DNA from: Anaerolineae bacterium
GTDB taxonomy: Bacteria; Chloroflexota; Anaerolineae; Aggregatilineales; Phototrophicaceae
Assembly (NCBI GenBank): GCA_022821805.1
Contig: JAJECX010000040.1
Location: 6,929 to 70,928 of the forward strand
Length of the DNA: 64,000 bases
Direction of reading: 5' to 3'
In this document: in pieces, positions 37,508-46,604 of the stretch
How the letters are laid out: each line of letters begins with the position of its first letter
Position numbering within the stretch: position 1 is the first letter of the stretch
Made by a program: the position numbers and the translations under genes
The notes under the pieces: generated by a model
Told to the model about the DNA's origin: nothing
Database searches by the model: none
Seen by the model: the letters and a program-made list of their open reading frames with translations, nothing else

Positions 37508-38668
37508 ATGACGTATAAGGAATTGTCAGAAGTGAGGCAGACCCTGCGCGTCGACTGGTATCGCTGTCCAACGCGTCCCGGAATGCTGCGCGAACTATCG
37601 CGGCGCAGCGATGCCCAAGGCTGGTTTCTCGCTGGTGGTCACCTTGCGATCGTCATTTTCACGGGCGCGCTCGTGTTCTACTTTTGGTCGCAGGCGCTTT
37701 GGCTGGCTTTTCTCATCGCGCTATTTTTCCATGGCACGGTAACCGCCTTCGTCCGCGGAAACAGCACGCACGAACTCGGGCACGGCACCGTCTTCAAGAC
37801 CAAGTGGCTGAACAAGTTCTTCCTTTATCTCTTCAGCTTGATCGGCTGGTGGGATCCCTTTGATTACGCCAGCAGCCATACCTACCACCATCGCTATACC
37901 CTGCACCCGGAAGGGGATCGCGAGGTGCTGCTGCCGGTGGAACCGACGCTGGCCTCGACCTTTATGCTGCAGCTCTTCACCATCAACTTGCTGACGCAGC
38001 CGGGCCGCATCTTCGGCAAAGGCGGATTTATTTCTACCGTGATCCTCACGGTAATGGCTGCCTTCGGTCGTGATCCCGCAGCGGAAAAGGCGCCCGCCAA
38101 CGAATGGATCAGGGCATTGCACCGCGATCAGCCGCTGGAGCATCGCAACGCGATGGTTTGGTCGCGCATCCTCTTGCTTTTTCATGGCGCGATCTTGGTC
38201 ATCGCTGTCATCACCGGCTTATGGGTATTGCCGTTGATCTTGACTACAGCGGCGTTCACCGCCAATTGGCTTCAATACTGCGTTAATTTGCCACAGCATT
38301 GCGGCTTGCGCGATGATACGCCGGATTTCCGCAAGAGTGTGCGCTCGATGAAATTGAACCCCTTCTTTTCCTTCTTGTACTGGCGCATGGAATGGCATAT
38401 CGAGCATCATATGTTCGCTGGCGTTCCCTGCTATAACCTGGAAAAGTTGCATCGCGAGGTCGCCGCTGACATGCCGGCGCCGCGCACGCTGATTGGCGCC
38501 TGGAAAGAAATGCGCGAAGTTTGGCGGCGGCAGAAAATAGATCCCGCTTACCAATTCGATACCCCGCTGCCGGCCACGGCGAGACATGCCCGTGATGATG
38601 CGCCCGATGACACGCTTGAAGGTTCGATCGGGGAGTTGGCGCCGGCGGGACTGCAAGAGGGCGCTTGA
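37508..38668 (+). CDS. membrane fatty-acid-desaturase-family di-iron oxygenase, copy 3 (more divergent, 386 aa)
   Basis: Same three His boxes. 5-residue insertion (AAEKAPANEW region). Confidence 0.85.
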   Translation: MTYKELSEVRQTLRVDWYRCPTRPGMLRELSRRSDAQGWFLAGGHLAIVIFTGALVFYFWSQALWLAFLIALFFHGTVTAFVRGNSTHELGHGTVFKTKWLNKFFLYLFSLIGWWDPFDYASSHTYHHRYTLHPEGDREVLLPVEPTLASTFMLQLFTINLLTQPGRIFGKGGFISTVILTVMAAFGRDPAAEKAPANEWIRALHRDQPLEHRNAMVWSRILLLFHGAILVIAVITGLWVLPLILTTAAFTANWLQYCVNLPQHCGLRDDTPDFRKSVRSMKLNPFFSFLYWRMEWHIEHHMFAGVPCYNLEKLHREVAADMPAPRTLIGAWKEMREVWRRQKIDPAYQFDTPLPATARHARDDAPDDTLEGSIGELAPAGLQEGA

Positions 38669-38701
38669 GCATTAGCCTGGAACCGCGTCATAGACGAATC
38701 G

Positions 38702-38726
38702 GTAGCGGCGAATTTGTGAATCGCCC
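38702..38726. repeat. GTAGGGGCG...CGCCC-type hairpin repeat (variant)
   Basis: gtagcggcgaatttgtgaatcgccc; stem ggcgaatt / gaatcgcc(c). Confidence 0.45.
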
Positions 38727-38756
38727 GTCATTTGTAAAAGCAGGCAAAGGCATGAC

Positions 38757-39689
38757 ATGCGCCAGCAACACAATGCCAAACCCGTTTTCACGCGCGAAGT
38801 CCTCGAGCGCCTTCATACGCCCGCGCCAAAGCCAATCAGAGAATTCTTGAATGAGCCCTATCCGCTGGACGCCATCAAGATCGACGAATATCAGGAAAAT
38901 GGCTACGTCAAGCTCGAGGGCATCATCACGGGCGCGCCACTCGACTATTATCGTGAGTTAATTGGTTTGGCGGTCGGGCATCGCTTCAAAGACGATCAGC
39001 GGGCATTGGCGGAGAAACGCGTCTACGAGCAGAGCTTCTTGCAGGCATTCAACCTCTGGCCGCATTATCCCGCCATCGCCGAATTTGTGCAGTGCCGGCG
39101 CTTCGCCGAATTAGCGCGGCGGATGCTGGAGGTCGAGGGTGTCAAGCTATGGTTTGATCAAGCGCTCTACAAGGAGCCGGGCGGGCGCATCACCGATTAT
39201 CACGTGGACGCGGCGTTTTGGCCCGTGCAGCCGGCGGAGAAGACGACTACGATCTGGATGGCGCTGGTTGATGTGCCGCGCGAGAAAGGCTGCATGGCAT
39301 TCGCGGCCGGCAGCCACAAGCTTTCGCCCGATGCTGAATTCGTCGATATCTTCAATGCGCAGGACGAAATCGCCATCGGCGACAATCTGCGGCATTATCC
39401 CTGGGAATGGGCGCCCTTGAAGCAGGGCGATTGCACCTTTCACTCGGGCTTGGTTTACCACCGCGCCGGCGGCAACAGCACCGACGAGATGCGCGAGGCG
39501 ATGACCATCGCTTATATGACAGCGGACGCGCGATTTGACTGGCCCGAGTCGAATCCGGAAGCGGGGCGGCGGCATGGCTTCGCCACCGAGGGCTTGCAAC
39601 GTGGCGACCTGCTGGAGTCGAGTTTTGCGCCGCGCTTGCTTTTTTGGGGGGGGGTGATAAACTCTGGCGCGGATAGCGCAGTCCAGTAG
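38757..39689 (+). CDS. PhyH family Fe(II)/2OG oxygenase
   Basis: IDEYQENGYVKLEGII, DYHVDAAFWP (HxD), TFHSGLVYHRAGGN. Confidence 0.8.
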   Translation: MRQQHNAKPVFTREVLERLHTPAPKPIREFLNEPYPLDAIKIDEYQENGYVKLEGIITGAPLDYYRELIGLAVGHRFKDDQRALAEKRVYEQSFLQAFNLWPHYPAIAEFVQCRRFAELARRMLEVEGVKLWFDQALYKEPGGRITDYHVDAAFWPVQPAEKTTTIWMALVDVPREKGCMAFAAGSHKLSPDAEFVDIFNAQDEIAIGDNLRHYPWEWAPLKQGDCTFHSGLVYHRAGGNSTDEMREAMTIAYMTADARFDWPESNPEAGRRHGFATEGLQRGDLLESSFAPRLLFWGGVINSGADSAVQ

Positions 39690-39780
39690 GCGCGCCTGGT
39701 TGATAAAGGAGGTGAACGTCGGGCTTCAAAATCTACGCATCAATTGAATTGACTTTCGTAGTCTTTGAAAGGAATGAAAG

Positions 39781-41118
39781 ATGAAACGCCTGAGTATCCT
39801 GGTTTTGCTCACCCTATTTCTTATCGTCGGCGCGGTCGGCGCGCAGGATGACGTCGTCACCGTCACCTGGTGGATGGAGCCGAGCGGCTCCGATGACCAT
39901 GTGCAGGAACTGATCATCGACGTCTTTAACGCCTCGCACGACAATATCAAGATAGATTATCAGCCGCAGGAATCGATCAACGACCAGCTGCGACCCGCCC
40001 TGCAAGCGGGTGTTGGCCCCGATATCGTGTGGCTGGCTGGCAACGCGGCCGCTTCGCAATATGTAGCGGGCGGTTTCCTGTTGCCGCTGACGGGTTACGC
40101 CGACGCCTATGGCTGGGCAGACAAATTGCTGCCCTGGGCTTATGGCGCCGGCATTGTCGCCGGTGAACTGTATTCGATCCCGGTCACCTATGAGAGCATG
40201 GTGCTCTTCTACAACAAGACAGTCTTCGAGGAGAATGGCTGGGAAGTGCCGACAACAGCTGACGAGCTGTGGAGCCTGGCGCAGCAAACTGCCGACATGG
40301 GCTTGGTGCCCTTCCCTTATGGCAACGCCACCTGGCAGCCCTCCAACGAGCACTTGATGGGCATCTATCTCAACAACTACGCTGGGCCCGACAACGTCTA
40401 CGCGGCGCTCATCGGCGAGAAAGCCTGGACGGACAGCGAATTTGCCGAAGCGACCGACCTGCTGCGCGAGCATATCGCCGATCTGGGTTGGTTCGGCGGC
40501 AGTCTGGAAGACTACTACTCGCTCGGCGGCAATGATCCGACAGCGATGCTGGCGTCAGGCGAGGGGACCATGATGATGAGCGGCACCTGGATGTTCCGCG
40601 GTTTGGGTCCCGCTTTTGAAGAAACGGGCATGGAATGGGATTGGGCGCCCTTGCCACCCTTCAGCGAAGACGCGGATATGCAGGTTGGTCCCTATTCCTA
40701 TGACTTGGCGCTGGGTGGCAATCTCGGTGTGAACGCCGCGACCGAACACCCCGAAGAAGTTGGCGTCGTGCTGGACTTCCTCTTGAGCGACAAGGCGCGC
40801 ATCCTCGAGCTAGCTTCGACCACCGGCTTTGGCGAATGGGTGATACCGCTGCGGTATGAGATTGAGGACTTCCCGCCTGGCACCGATGAGCGCGTGCTGC
40901 GTTTCCATTCTGATTTCGCCGCGACCACTGGCGCAGGGCGTTATGGCTACACCGCCTGGACCTTCTGGCCCGCGCGCGCTAATCAGCAGCTTTGGGAAGC
41001 CATCGAGCTGGTCTGGGCCGGCGAAATGAGCGTGGAGGAATACCTGGAGAATCACGCAGCCGAATGGGCGCAGGACGCGGCCGACGGGCTCGTGCTTTCG
41101 ATATTGCCGCGCGAATAG
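39781..41118 (+). CDS. ABC transporter substrate-binding protein (family 1, sugar type), secreted
   Basis: Signal peptide MKRLSILVLLTLFLIVGAVGAQD; AAAGGA upstream; followed by two permease genes. Confidence 0.85.
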   Translation: MKRLSILVLLTLFLIVGAVGAQDDVVTVTWWMEPSGSDDHVQELIIDVFNASHDNIKIDYQPQESINDQLRPALQAGVGPDIVWLAGNAAASQYVAGGFLLPLTGYADAYGWADKLLPWAYGAGIVAGELYSIPVTYESMVLFYNKTVFEENGWEVPTTADELWSLAQQTADMGLVPFPYGNATWQPSNEHLMGIYLNNYAGPDNVYAALIGEKAWTDSEFAEATDLLREHIADLGWFGGSLEDYYSLGGNDPTAMLASGEGTMMMSGTWMFRGLGPAFEETGMEWDWAPLPPFSEDADMQVGPYSYDLALGGNLGVNAATEHPEEVGVVLDFLLSDKARILELASTTGFGEWVIPLRYEIEDFPPGTDERVLRFHSDFAATTGAGRYGYTAWTFWPARANQQLWEAIELVWAGEMSVEEYLENHAAEWAQDAADGLVLSILPRE

Positions 41119-41290
41119 GGCGAAGCCCACCCCAAACCCCTCCCCGAAGGGTCAAGTGTCGGCGGTCTGTGTCTACGCGACCTACGCGACCCCAAAATGA
41201 GGGAGGGGCTTAAAATGGACAAAGTCGTTTGAAAACTCCCCTTCCCTCCTTGTGGGGGCAAGGGGCCGGGGGATGGGGGGAATTTCCGTA
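41119..41290. repeat. composite G/C-rich hairpin (REP-like) element between the binding-protein and permease genes
   Basis: cccctccc (41137-41144) pairs with gggagggg (41201-41208). cccctt (41238-41243) pairs with aagggg (41260-41265). Internal duplication ctacgcgacc x2. Homologous to 5822-5987. Confidence 0.6.
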
Positions 41291-41345
41291 GCCTCCACCG
41301 ACTCCCCCTACACCCGTTCGATCATTGGGAAGATCGCTCCGCAAG

Positions 41346-42257
41346 ATGGCATTCAAGATCGACAACCATGTTGGCGTGACGACGGCGTACCGCTGGCGTC
41401 AAATCTTGTCCAATTATGTATTCCTGGCGCCGGTTGTCGCTTTGAACTTGATCGTCATCGTTATTCCCTCGCTGACCAGCATTTACATCTCCATGACGAA
41501 GTGGTCAGGCTTGAACGAGCCGGAATTTGTCGGATTGGCGAATTTCCACCGTCTGATCAACGACCCGATTTACTGGAAGTCGCTCAGCCACAATGTGATC
41601 TGGACGATCTTCTTCCTGACGATTCCGGTCTTCATGGGTTTGATGGGCGCTTTCCTGCTCTCGGGCATCAAGCGCTTCCAGATGGTCTACCGCGTCGCCT
41701 TTTTCATCCCCTATGTCATCGCCAGCGTGGTCAATACGGAATTGTGGCGGACGCTGCTGCATCCGCGCCATGGCATCGGCGCCTGGCTGGCCAAGCAGGG
41801 CATTGAGGGCTTCGATATTCGCGTCTTCGGCAGCAAACATACCGCCTTGTACGGCGTCGCCTTTGTCGATTCCTGGCACTTCTGGGGTTTTTTGGTGATC
41901 GTCTATCTGGCGGCGATGTACCAGGTGCAGCCCGATTTATATGAGGTGGCCATCCTCGAAGGCGCCAGTCGCTTTCAACGCTTCCGTCATGTGACCGTGC
42001 CCGGCATCCGGCCGACGCTCGTATTCACTCTGCTGATGATCATGATCTGGTCGGTGCCGGCTTTCGATTATATCTATCTGTTGACCGATGGCGGACCGGC
42101 CCACGCTTCCGAAGTGCTGGGCACATATTTGTACAATATGTCATTCTTCAGGTTTGAGGTCGGTTATGCCGCGTCAATCGGCGTGACGATGGCGCTGATC
42201 ACAGCTTGCATCGTGGCGATATTCGTTATTCTGCGGCGGCGGGGTTGGGAGATATGA
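41346..42257 (+). CDS. ABC transporter permease (MalF-like)
   Basis: Track ORF 41325..42257; ATG at 41346 preferred (MAFKIDNHVG...). Multi-TM; start uncertain. Confidence 0.8.
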   Translation: MAFKIDNHVGVTTAYRWRQILSNYVFLAPVVALNLIVIVIPSLTSIYISMTKWSGLNEPEFVGLANFHRLINDPIYWKSLSHNVIWTIFFLTIPVFMGLMGAFLLSGIKRFQMVYRVAFFIPYVIASVVNTELWRTLLHPRHGIGAWLAKQGIEGFDIRVFGSKHTALYGVAFVDSWHFWGFLVIVYLAAMYQVQPDLYEVAILEGASRFQRFRHVTVPGIRPTLVFTLLMIMIWSVPAFDYIYLLTDGGPAHASEVLGTYLYNMSFFRFEVGYAASIGVTMALITACIVAIFVILRRRGWEI

Positions 42258-43093
42258 TGCGCTGGCGCTCTGGTCGCACGGAAACAACGGCGTTCAACCA
42301 CGTCATCCTCTTCTTGCTGGCGGTTTTTGCCCTCGGTCCGGTGCTCGTTCTCTTTCTGAATTCGGTCAAGACCAGCGAGCAGATTGCGGCGAATCCCTTT
42401 TCCATACCGACCGAACCTCGATGGGATAACTACGCCGTGGCCTTCGAGAAGGGCAATTATGTCAACACGGTCAAGAACAGCGTCATCCTGACGGCGGGCA
42501 CGGTCATCGGCGTGCTGATCGTCGGCGGCATGGGCGGCTATGCTCTGGCGCATTTGGAGATTCGCGGCGCAAATATCATCGCCTTTTATTTTCTGGTCGG
42601 CACGGCGATTCCGATACAACTCTATGTCGTGCCGCTATTCTTTTTGTGGAAGAACTTCTGGCTGCTGAACACGCATCTCGGGCTCATCATCATCTATTGC
42701 GCGACATCATCGCCCTTCGCCACCTACCTCATCCGTTCTTATATGGTGGCGCTGCCGAAAGAATTCATCGAAGCAGCCAAGATTGATGGCGCCAGCAAAT
42801 TCCAGGTGATGACGCAGGTTATCTTGCCGCTGTCTTGGCCCGGCTTTCTCACGACCGGGCTGATCGTCGGCTTGGGCGTCTGGAACGAATTCTTGATTGC
42901 CGTCACCTTCATGCACCACCCGGATCTGAAGCCGGTGGCGACCAGCCTGCGCGCTTTTCAAGAGCGCTTCACGCGGGATTGGGGCTTGACCAACGCCGCC
43001 TCGGTCATCATGCTGCTGCCCGTGCTGATATTGTTCCTGCTCATGCAGCGCCGCTTCATCGAAGGCTTGACCCAGGGCGGCATGAAGATGTAA
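42254..43093 (+). CDS. ABC transporter permease (MalG-like)
   Basis: Trimmed to MMRWRSGRTETTAFNHVILFLLAVF. ATGA start/stop overlap with the upstream permease. EAAKIDGASKFQVMTQVILP loop. Confidence 0.85.
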   Translation: MMRWRSGRTETTAFNHVILFLLAVFALGPVLVLFLNSVKTSEQIAANPFSIPTEPRWDNYAVAFEKGNYVNTVKNSVILTAGTVIGVLIVGGMGGYALAHLEIRGANIIAFYFLVGTAIPIQLYVVPLFFLWKNFWLLNTHLGLIIIYCATSSPFATYLIRSYMVALPKEFIEAAKIDGASKFQVMTQVILPLSWPGFLTTGLIVGLGVWNEFLIAVTFMHHPDLKPVATSLRAFQERFTRDWGLTNAASVIMLLPVLILFLLMQRRFIEGLTQGGMKM

Positions 43094-43119
43094 GGCTTGC
43101 AAGACAACTGGAGGTTGTT

Positions 43120-43977
43120 ATGGAAACGACTGTATCGCCGGAGAAGCTCGCTGAGCAATTGCGGGAAGATGGCTTCTGCGTGATTCCGAATATGGCGGAC
43201 GAAGCGCTGCTGCGCACGACGCGCGCCTGTGTTGAGAAGGCGCTGTCAGAATACGACGCCGAACTGCGCGAGAACACCAAGGCGCCCGGCAGCCTCATCG
43301 ACTCCAACTTTTATCCGGAATTGGCCGACTTGATTGGCAATACCCGCGCGCTTGCGGCGCTAGCGCAGATGGGCTTGCGGGACATCAAGTTCTGGAAGGC
43401 GGTCATCATCAGCAAGCCGCCCGGCGGTCCGCGACTATATTGGCATCAAGACTGCATCATGTGGGGCGACCCGCGCGCCTACAGCGACCGCGCGCCGATG
43501 ATCTTCCTCATGTATTACCTCGAAGATACGCGGCGGGAGAATGGCTGCCTGCGCCTCTTGTCGGGGAGCCACAAGTATCGGCATGCGCTGCACGATATGG
43601 GCGAGGCGCATACAAGGGATATCAACCGCATGGACAACCCCGATGATCCACGCTTCCGCGATTATCCCAACGAAGTGGATGTGCCGATTAAGGCGGGCGA
43701 CCTGGTCGTCGGCGATGCGCGCATGTTCCACGCCACGCACGAAAACGCCTCGGACGAGCAACGCACGGTCATCACCATCTGGTTCCATCCCTTCTTCTCC
43801 GACTTGCAAGAAGAAACGCAGAGTTGGATCCACTCGGCGATGCACATGCAGCACGAAACCTGGCCCGCTGACGCGCTGGCGAAGATTGAGTCGCTGATTC
43901 CCGACTACCAAGGCAATGTAGAACCGATGGAAATGACGCGGTCGCCGGACGAGCGATTGCAGTGGCCCGCAAACTAG
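43120..43977 (+). CDS. PhyH family Fe(II)/2OG oxygenase
   Basis: Trimmed to METTVSPEKLAEQLREDGFCVIPNM, with GGAGG upstream. LYWHQDCIMW (HxD); MFHATHENAS. Confidence 0.8.
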   Translation: METTVSPEKLAEQLREDGFCVIPNMADEALLRTTRACVEKALSEYDAELRENTKAPGSLIDSNFYPELADLIGNTRALAALAQMGLRDIKFWKAVIISKPPGGPRLYWHQDCIMWGDPRAYSDRAPMIFLMYYLEDTRRENGCLRLLSGSHKYRHALHDMGEAHTRDINRMDNPDDPRFRDYPNEVDVPIKAGDLVVGDARMFHATHENASDEQRTVITIWFHPFFSDLQEETQSWIHSAMHMQHETWPADALAKIESLIPDYQGNVEPMEMTRSPDERLQWPAN

Positions 43978-44011
43978 GGGACGGGCGGGAAGAAGAAAGA
44001 CCATTGGCGCG

Positions 44012-44882
44012 ATGAATGAACTTTCAGTTGTCCACGAAGAGATCGGCTTGAGCGACGATCAGATCAAGTCGTTCTGGATCGACGGCTTCCTGATCATTGA
44101 CGATGTCTTTCCCGTTGAAGATGTTGAATTGCTGCGCGAGGCGGCCGCTTCGCCCAATGTCCTGCGCGATTGGCGCAAGCAAGATGTCGATACGCGCACG
44201 GTCCATCTGCTCGAAATCACCGTCAAGCACCCGCTGATGATGGAGCTGGCGCGCAGCCCACGAATTCTCCAGCGCATCACGCCGCTCATAGGACCGGACA
44301 TTCAACTCCAGCATTCCAAACTCGCGACCAAGCCAACGACGAAGGGCGCGCGGCGCCTTTCACTGGCATCAAGATTTCGCCTTCTTCCCGCATACGAACA
44401 GCGATCTGCTGGCAGTGATGGTGATGCTGGATGACGCGACGCCGGAAAACGGCTGCATGCAGATGGTGCGCGGCAGCCACAAGCTGGGCTTGCTTGATCA
44501 CGATGAAGACGGGCTCTTCCACGGCAACTGTCAGGAGAGCTACCTCTGGCAGGATGAAGGGCGCGTGGCGAATATCACGCCAAAGACCGGCGGCATCAGC
44601 ATCCACCACGCGCTGACGCTGCATGGCTCGCCGGCCAATATCAGCGGCAAGCCACGGCGGGGCGTCGTCTTCCAATACCGCGCCGATGACGCCTATCAGT
44701 TGGCGCAAAGCCTCTGGGCGGACACGGGCTTGCTGATGTGCGGTCAACGGCGCGAGCTAGCGCGCTGTGACGCGGGCGTCCTGCGTTTGCCCAAGTCGCA
44801 TTTCTTTCCCGGTTATCCCTTTGGCGATGCCTGGAATCAGGACGGCGAATTGGCGCGAAAGCGGGATTACTTTGCGGAATAG
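44012..44882 (+). pseudogene. PhyH family oxygenase interrupted by a +1 frameshift near 44345-44357
   Basis: Frame of 44012 reads ...QLQHSKLATKPTTKGA, then nonsense to the stop at 44434. The frame of ORF 44415..44882 is open upstream and reads AFHWHQDFAFFPHTNSDLLAVMVMLDDATPENGCMQMVRGSHK (HxD motif). The switch lies within the run ggcgcgcggcgcc. Confidence 0.7.
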
Positions 44883-44933
44883 ACGCGATTGCGATACTAT
44901 TCTTTAGATTCTTTTGCGCTCATACATTTTCAT

Positions 44934-44962
44934 TTGTTATAGCGTCAAAAATATGTTATGTT
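44934..44962 (+). promoter_or_regulatory. candidate sigma70-like promoter for the operon starting at 45106
   Basis: TTGTTA (44934-44939), 17-nt spacer, TATGTT (44957-44962), in a clearly AT-rich 223-bp intergenic region. Confidence 0.3.
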
Positions 44963-45105
44963 TGGCTCTTGATGTCGATTCGCCCAAGAGAGCATTGTCG
45001 GGCGTAGCTTCAAGGCTGATTCGGTTTGCTATTGAAGGAGGTGGCTACTGACGAATGCGCAGGGGAAATACCTCACAGGCGATTAGGATTGTTAAAGGAG
45101 GAAAC

Positions 45106-46536
45106 ATGAGCGCAGAAAAGAAAATGAGTCGCCGGGATCTGCTGAAACTGGCGGGCGCAGGCAGCGCCGGCTTGGTCATGAGCGGCTTGCCGGTCACTGT
45201 GATCGCGCAGGATGCGGTGACGATCAAGGTGCAGGCGCACGGTCTCGATGACAACCAGTTGCTGCCGATCGCTGATATTATGACCGCAAGGCATCCCCAC
45301 GTGAGTGTAGACTGGGTCGTGCTGACGGGCATTGATCACGAAGAGGTGGCTGCCAAGATTTTGGCGCTGGTCGCGGCTGGCGAATCGATCGATGTCGGTT
45401 ATGCCGCCACCGAAGCGACGCAGCTTTTCGCTGGTCAGGGTTTGGCGGCGCCGCTGGATGATCGCATCACTGGCGATCCAGATCAGGATTTCTGGACTGA
45501 TTACTTTGCGGATGTCCACCCGTCGTTGGTCGAGGCGATGATGTACGAGGGTAGCTTGTACGAGCCGCCTCGCGACTTCAACGCCGCCAACATGTACTTC
45601 AACACCAACACGTTGGCGGAGAACGGTTTCGATGTTCCAGGTCCTAATTGGACGAAGGACGACTTCGTCGAGATTGCGCGCGGCATCACCAAGAAGGACG
45701 ATGCCGGCAACACCGATGTCTTCGGTTATGCCTGGATCAACCGCCTCTGGGGCAGTTGGATGCCCTGGATCTTTGTCGCCGGCGGCAACCTCTATACTGA
45801 GGAACGCGCGCCCGGCGGCGACTGGTGCTGGGATGGCTACTACGAGGGCGATCCGGCAGTCGAGGGTCGCGGCGGCGGTTTCCGCTGGCGCACTCCGATT
45901 GCTAATTCGGATGAGGTCGTCGAGGCGCTGCAATTGGTCGTTGACCTGTGGCAAGAAGGCGTCACCCCGGATATCGAGATGGGCAGCGGCGCGACCCTTA
46001 CCGGCTTTTATGCCACCGGCAAGCTCGGCATGACGCCGGCTGGCGGGTTCTGGGCTGGCAGGCTGAAGAATGAGGGCATGGAGAAGGGCGACTTTGACGT
46101 GCAGCTTTGGCCCGCCTGGCGCAACCAGAAGCACCAATTCGGCACCGGCGGCCACTGGCTGGCAGCAGGAGCGAAGGCGCCTGAAGAAGGTTGGGAGTTC
46201 ATGAAGATCGAAGTCAGCCGTGAAGGCTTTGAAGCCAGCCCATTCTTCTATCCGGTAATCATCACCACATCGGCGCGCCGTTCATACAGCCAGGCTGCAA
46301 ATTACGAGTCAACCGGACCGGCTAATTACGAAGTCTTCTACGATACATTGGATAAGCATCCGTCGACTTCACCGATCCCGGCGCCACCCTGGGCGAACCC
46401 GATGACGACCATCTTCACCACGGGGACGAGCAATGCGATGTCCGGCGCGATGAGCCCGCAGGACGCGCTTGATCAGATGCAGGCCGAGTTAGAAGCGCTG
46501 ACTGCTCGTCAGCCGCAGTACTACGCCGACAACTAA
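45106..46536 (+). CDS. ABC transporter substrate-binding protein (family 1) with Tat-type signal
   Basis: Trimmed to MSAEKKMSRRDLLKLAGAGSAGLV (twin-arginine motif), with AAAGGAGGA upstream. Confidence 0.85.
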   Translation: MSAEKKMSRRDLLKLAGAGSAGLVMSGLPVTVIAQDAVTIKVQAHGLDDNQLLPIADIMTARHPHVSVDWVVLTGIDHEEVAAKILALVAAGESIDVGYAATEATQLFAGQGLAAPLDDRITGDPDQDFWTDYFADVHPSLVEAMMYEGSLYEPPRDFNAANMYFNTNTLAENGFDVPGPNWTKDDFVEIARGITKKDDAGNTDVFGYAWINRLWGSWMPWIFVAGGNLYTEERAPGGDWCWDGYYEGDPAVEGRGGGFRWRTPIANSDEVVEALQLVVDLWQEGVTPDIEMGSGATLTGFYATGKLGMTPAGGFWAGRLKNEGMEKGDFDVQLWPAWRNQKHQFGTGGHWLAAGAKAPEEGWEFMKIEVSREGFEASPFFYPVIITTSARRSYSQAANYESTGPANYEVFYDTLDKHPSTSPIPAPPWANPMTTIFTTGTSNAMSGAMSPQDALDQMQAELEALTARQPQYYADN

Positions 46537-46604
46537 GTATGAGCATCATGTGGAGCCAATACACTTGTATTGGCTCTGCCTCGTCATTTGATTGAGGATA
46601 GACA

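Larger units (their letters stand above)
34926..38668. repeat. tandem triplication, unit 1276 bp (gene plus 130-bp spacer)
   Basis: Gene starts at 34956, 36232 and 37508 are exactly 1276 bp apart. The two 130-nt spacers (36102-36231 and 37378-37507) differ at about 7 positions by my manual alignment. Confidence 0.9.

Noticed and set aside
34926-38668. The possibility that the three desaturase copies are an assembly artefact or a CRISPR-like or satellite repeat.
   Set aside because: The copies differ at many positions (about 11 percent of residues between copies 1 and 2, more for copy 3), and each keeps an intact ORF. That argues for a real tandem gene array. The unit is far too long for CRISPR.
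42835-43119. N-terminal extensions proposed by the track for several genes: 42835, 26759, 27618, 51439, 53345, 56428, 17217, 13649, 22142, 45055, 60271, 61458.
   Set aside because: The extensions overlap the preceding gene in another frame and are low-complexity. Internal starts with Shine-Dalgarno-like sequences and family-typical N-termini were preferred.
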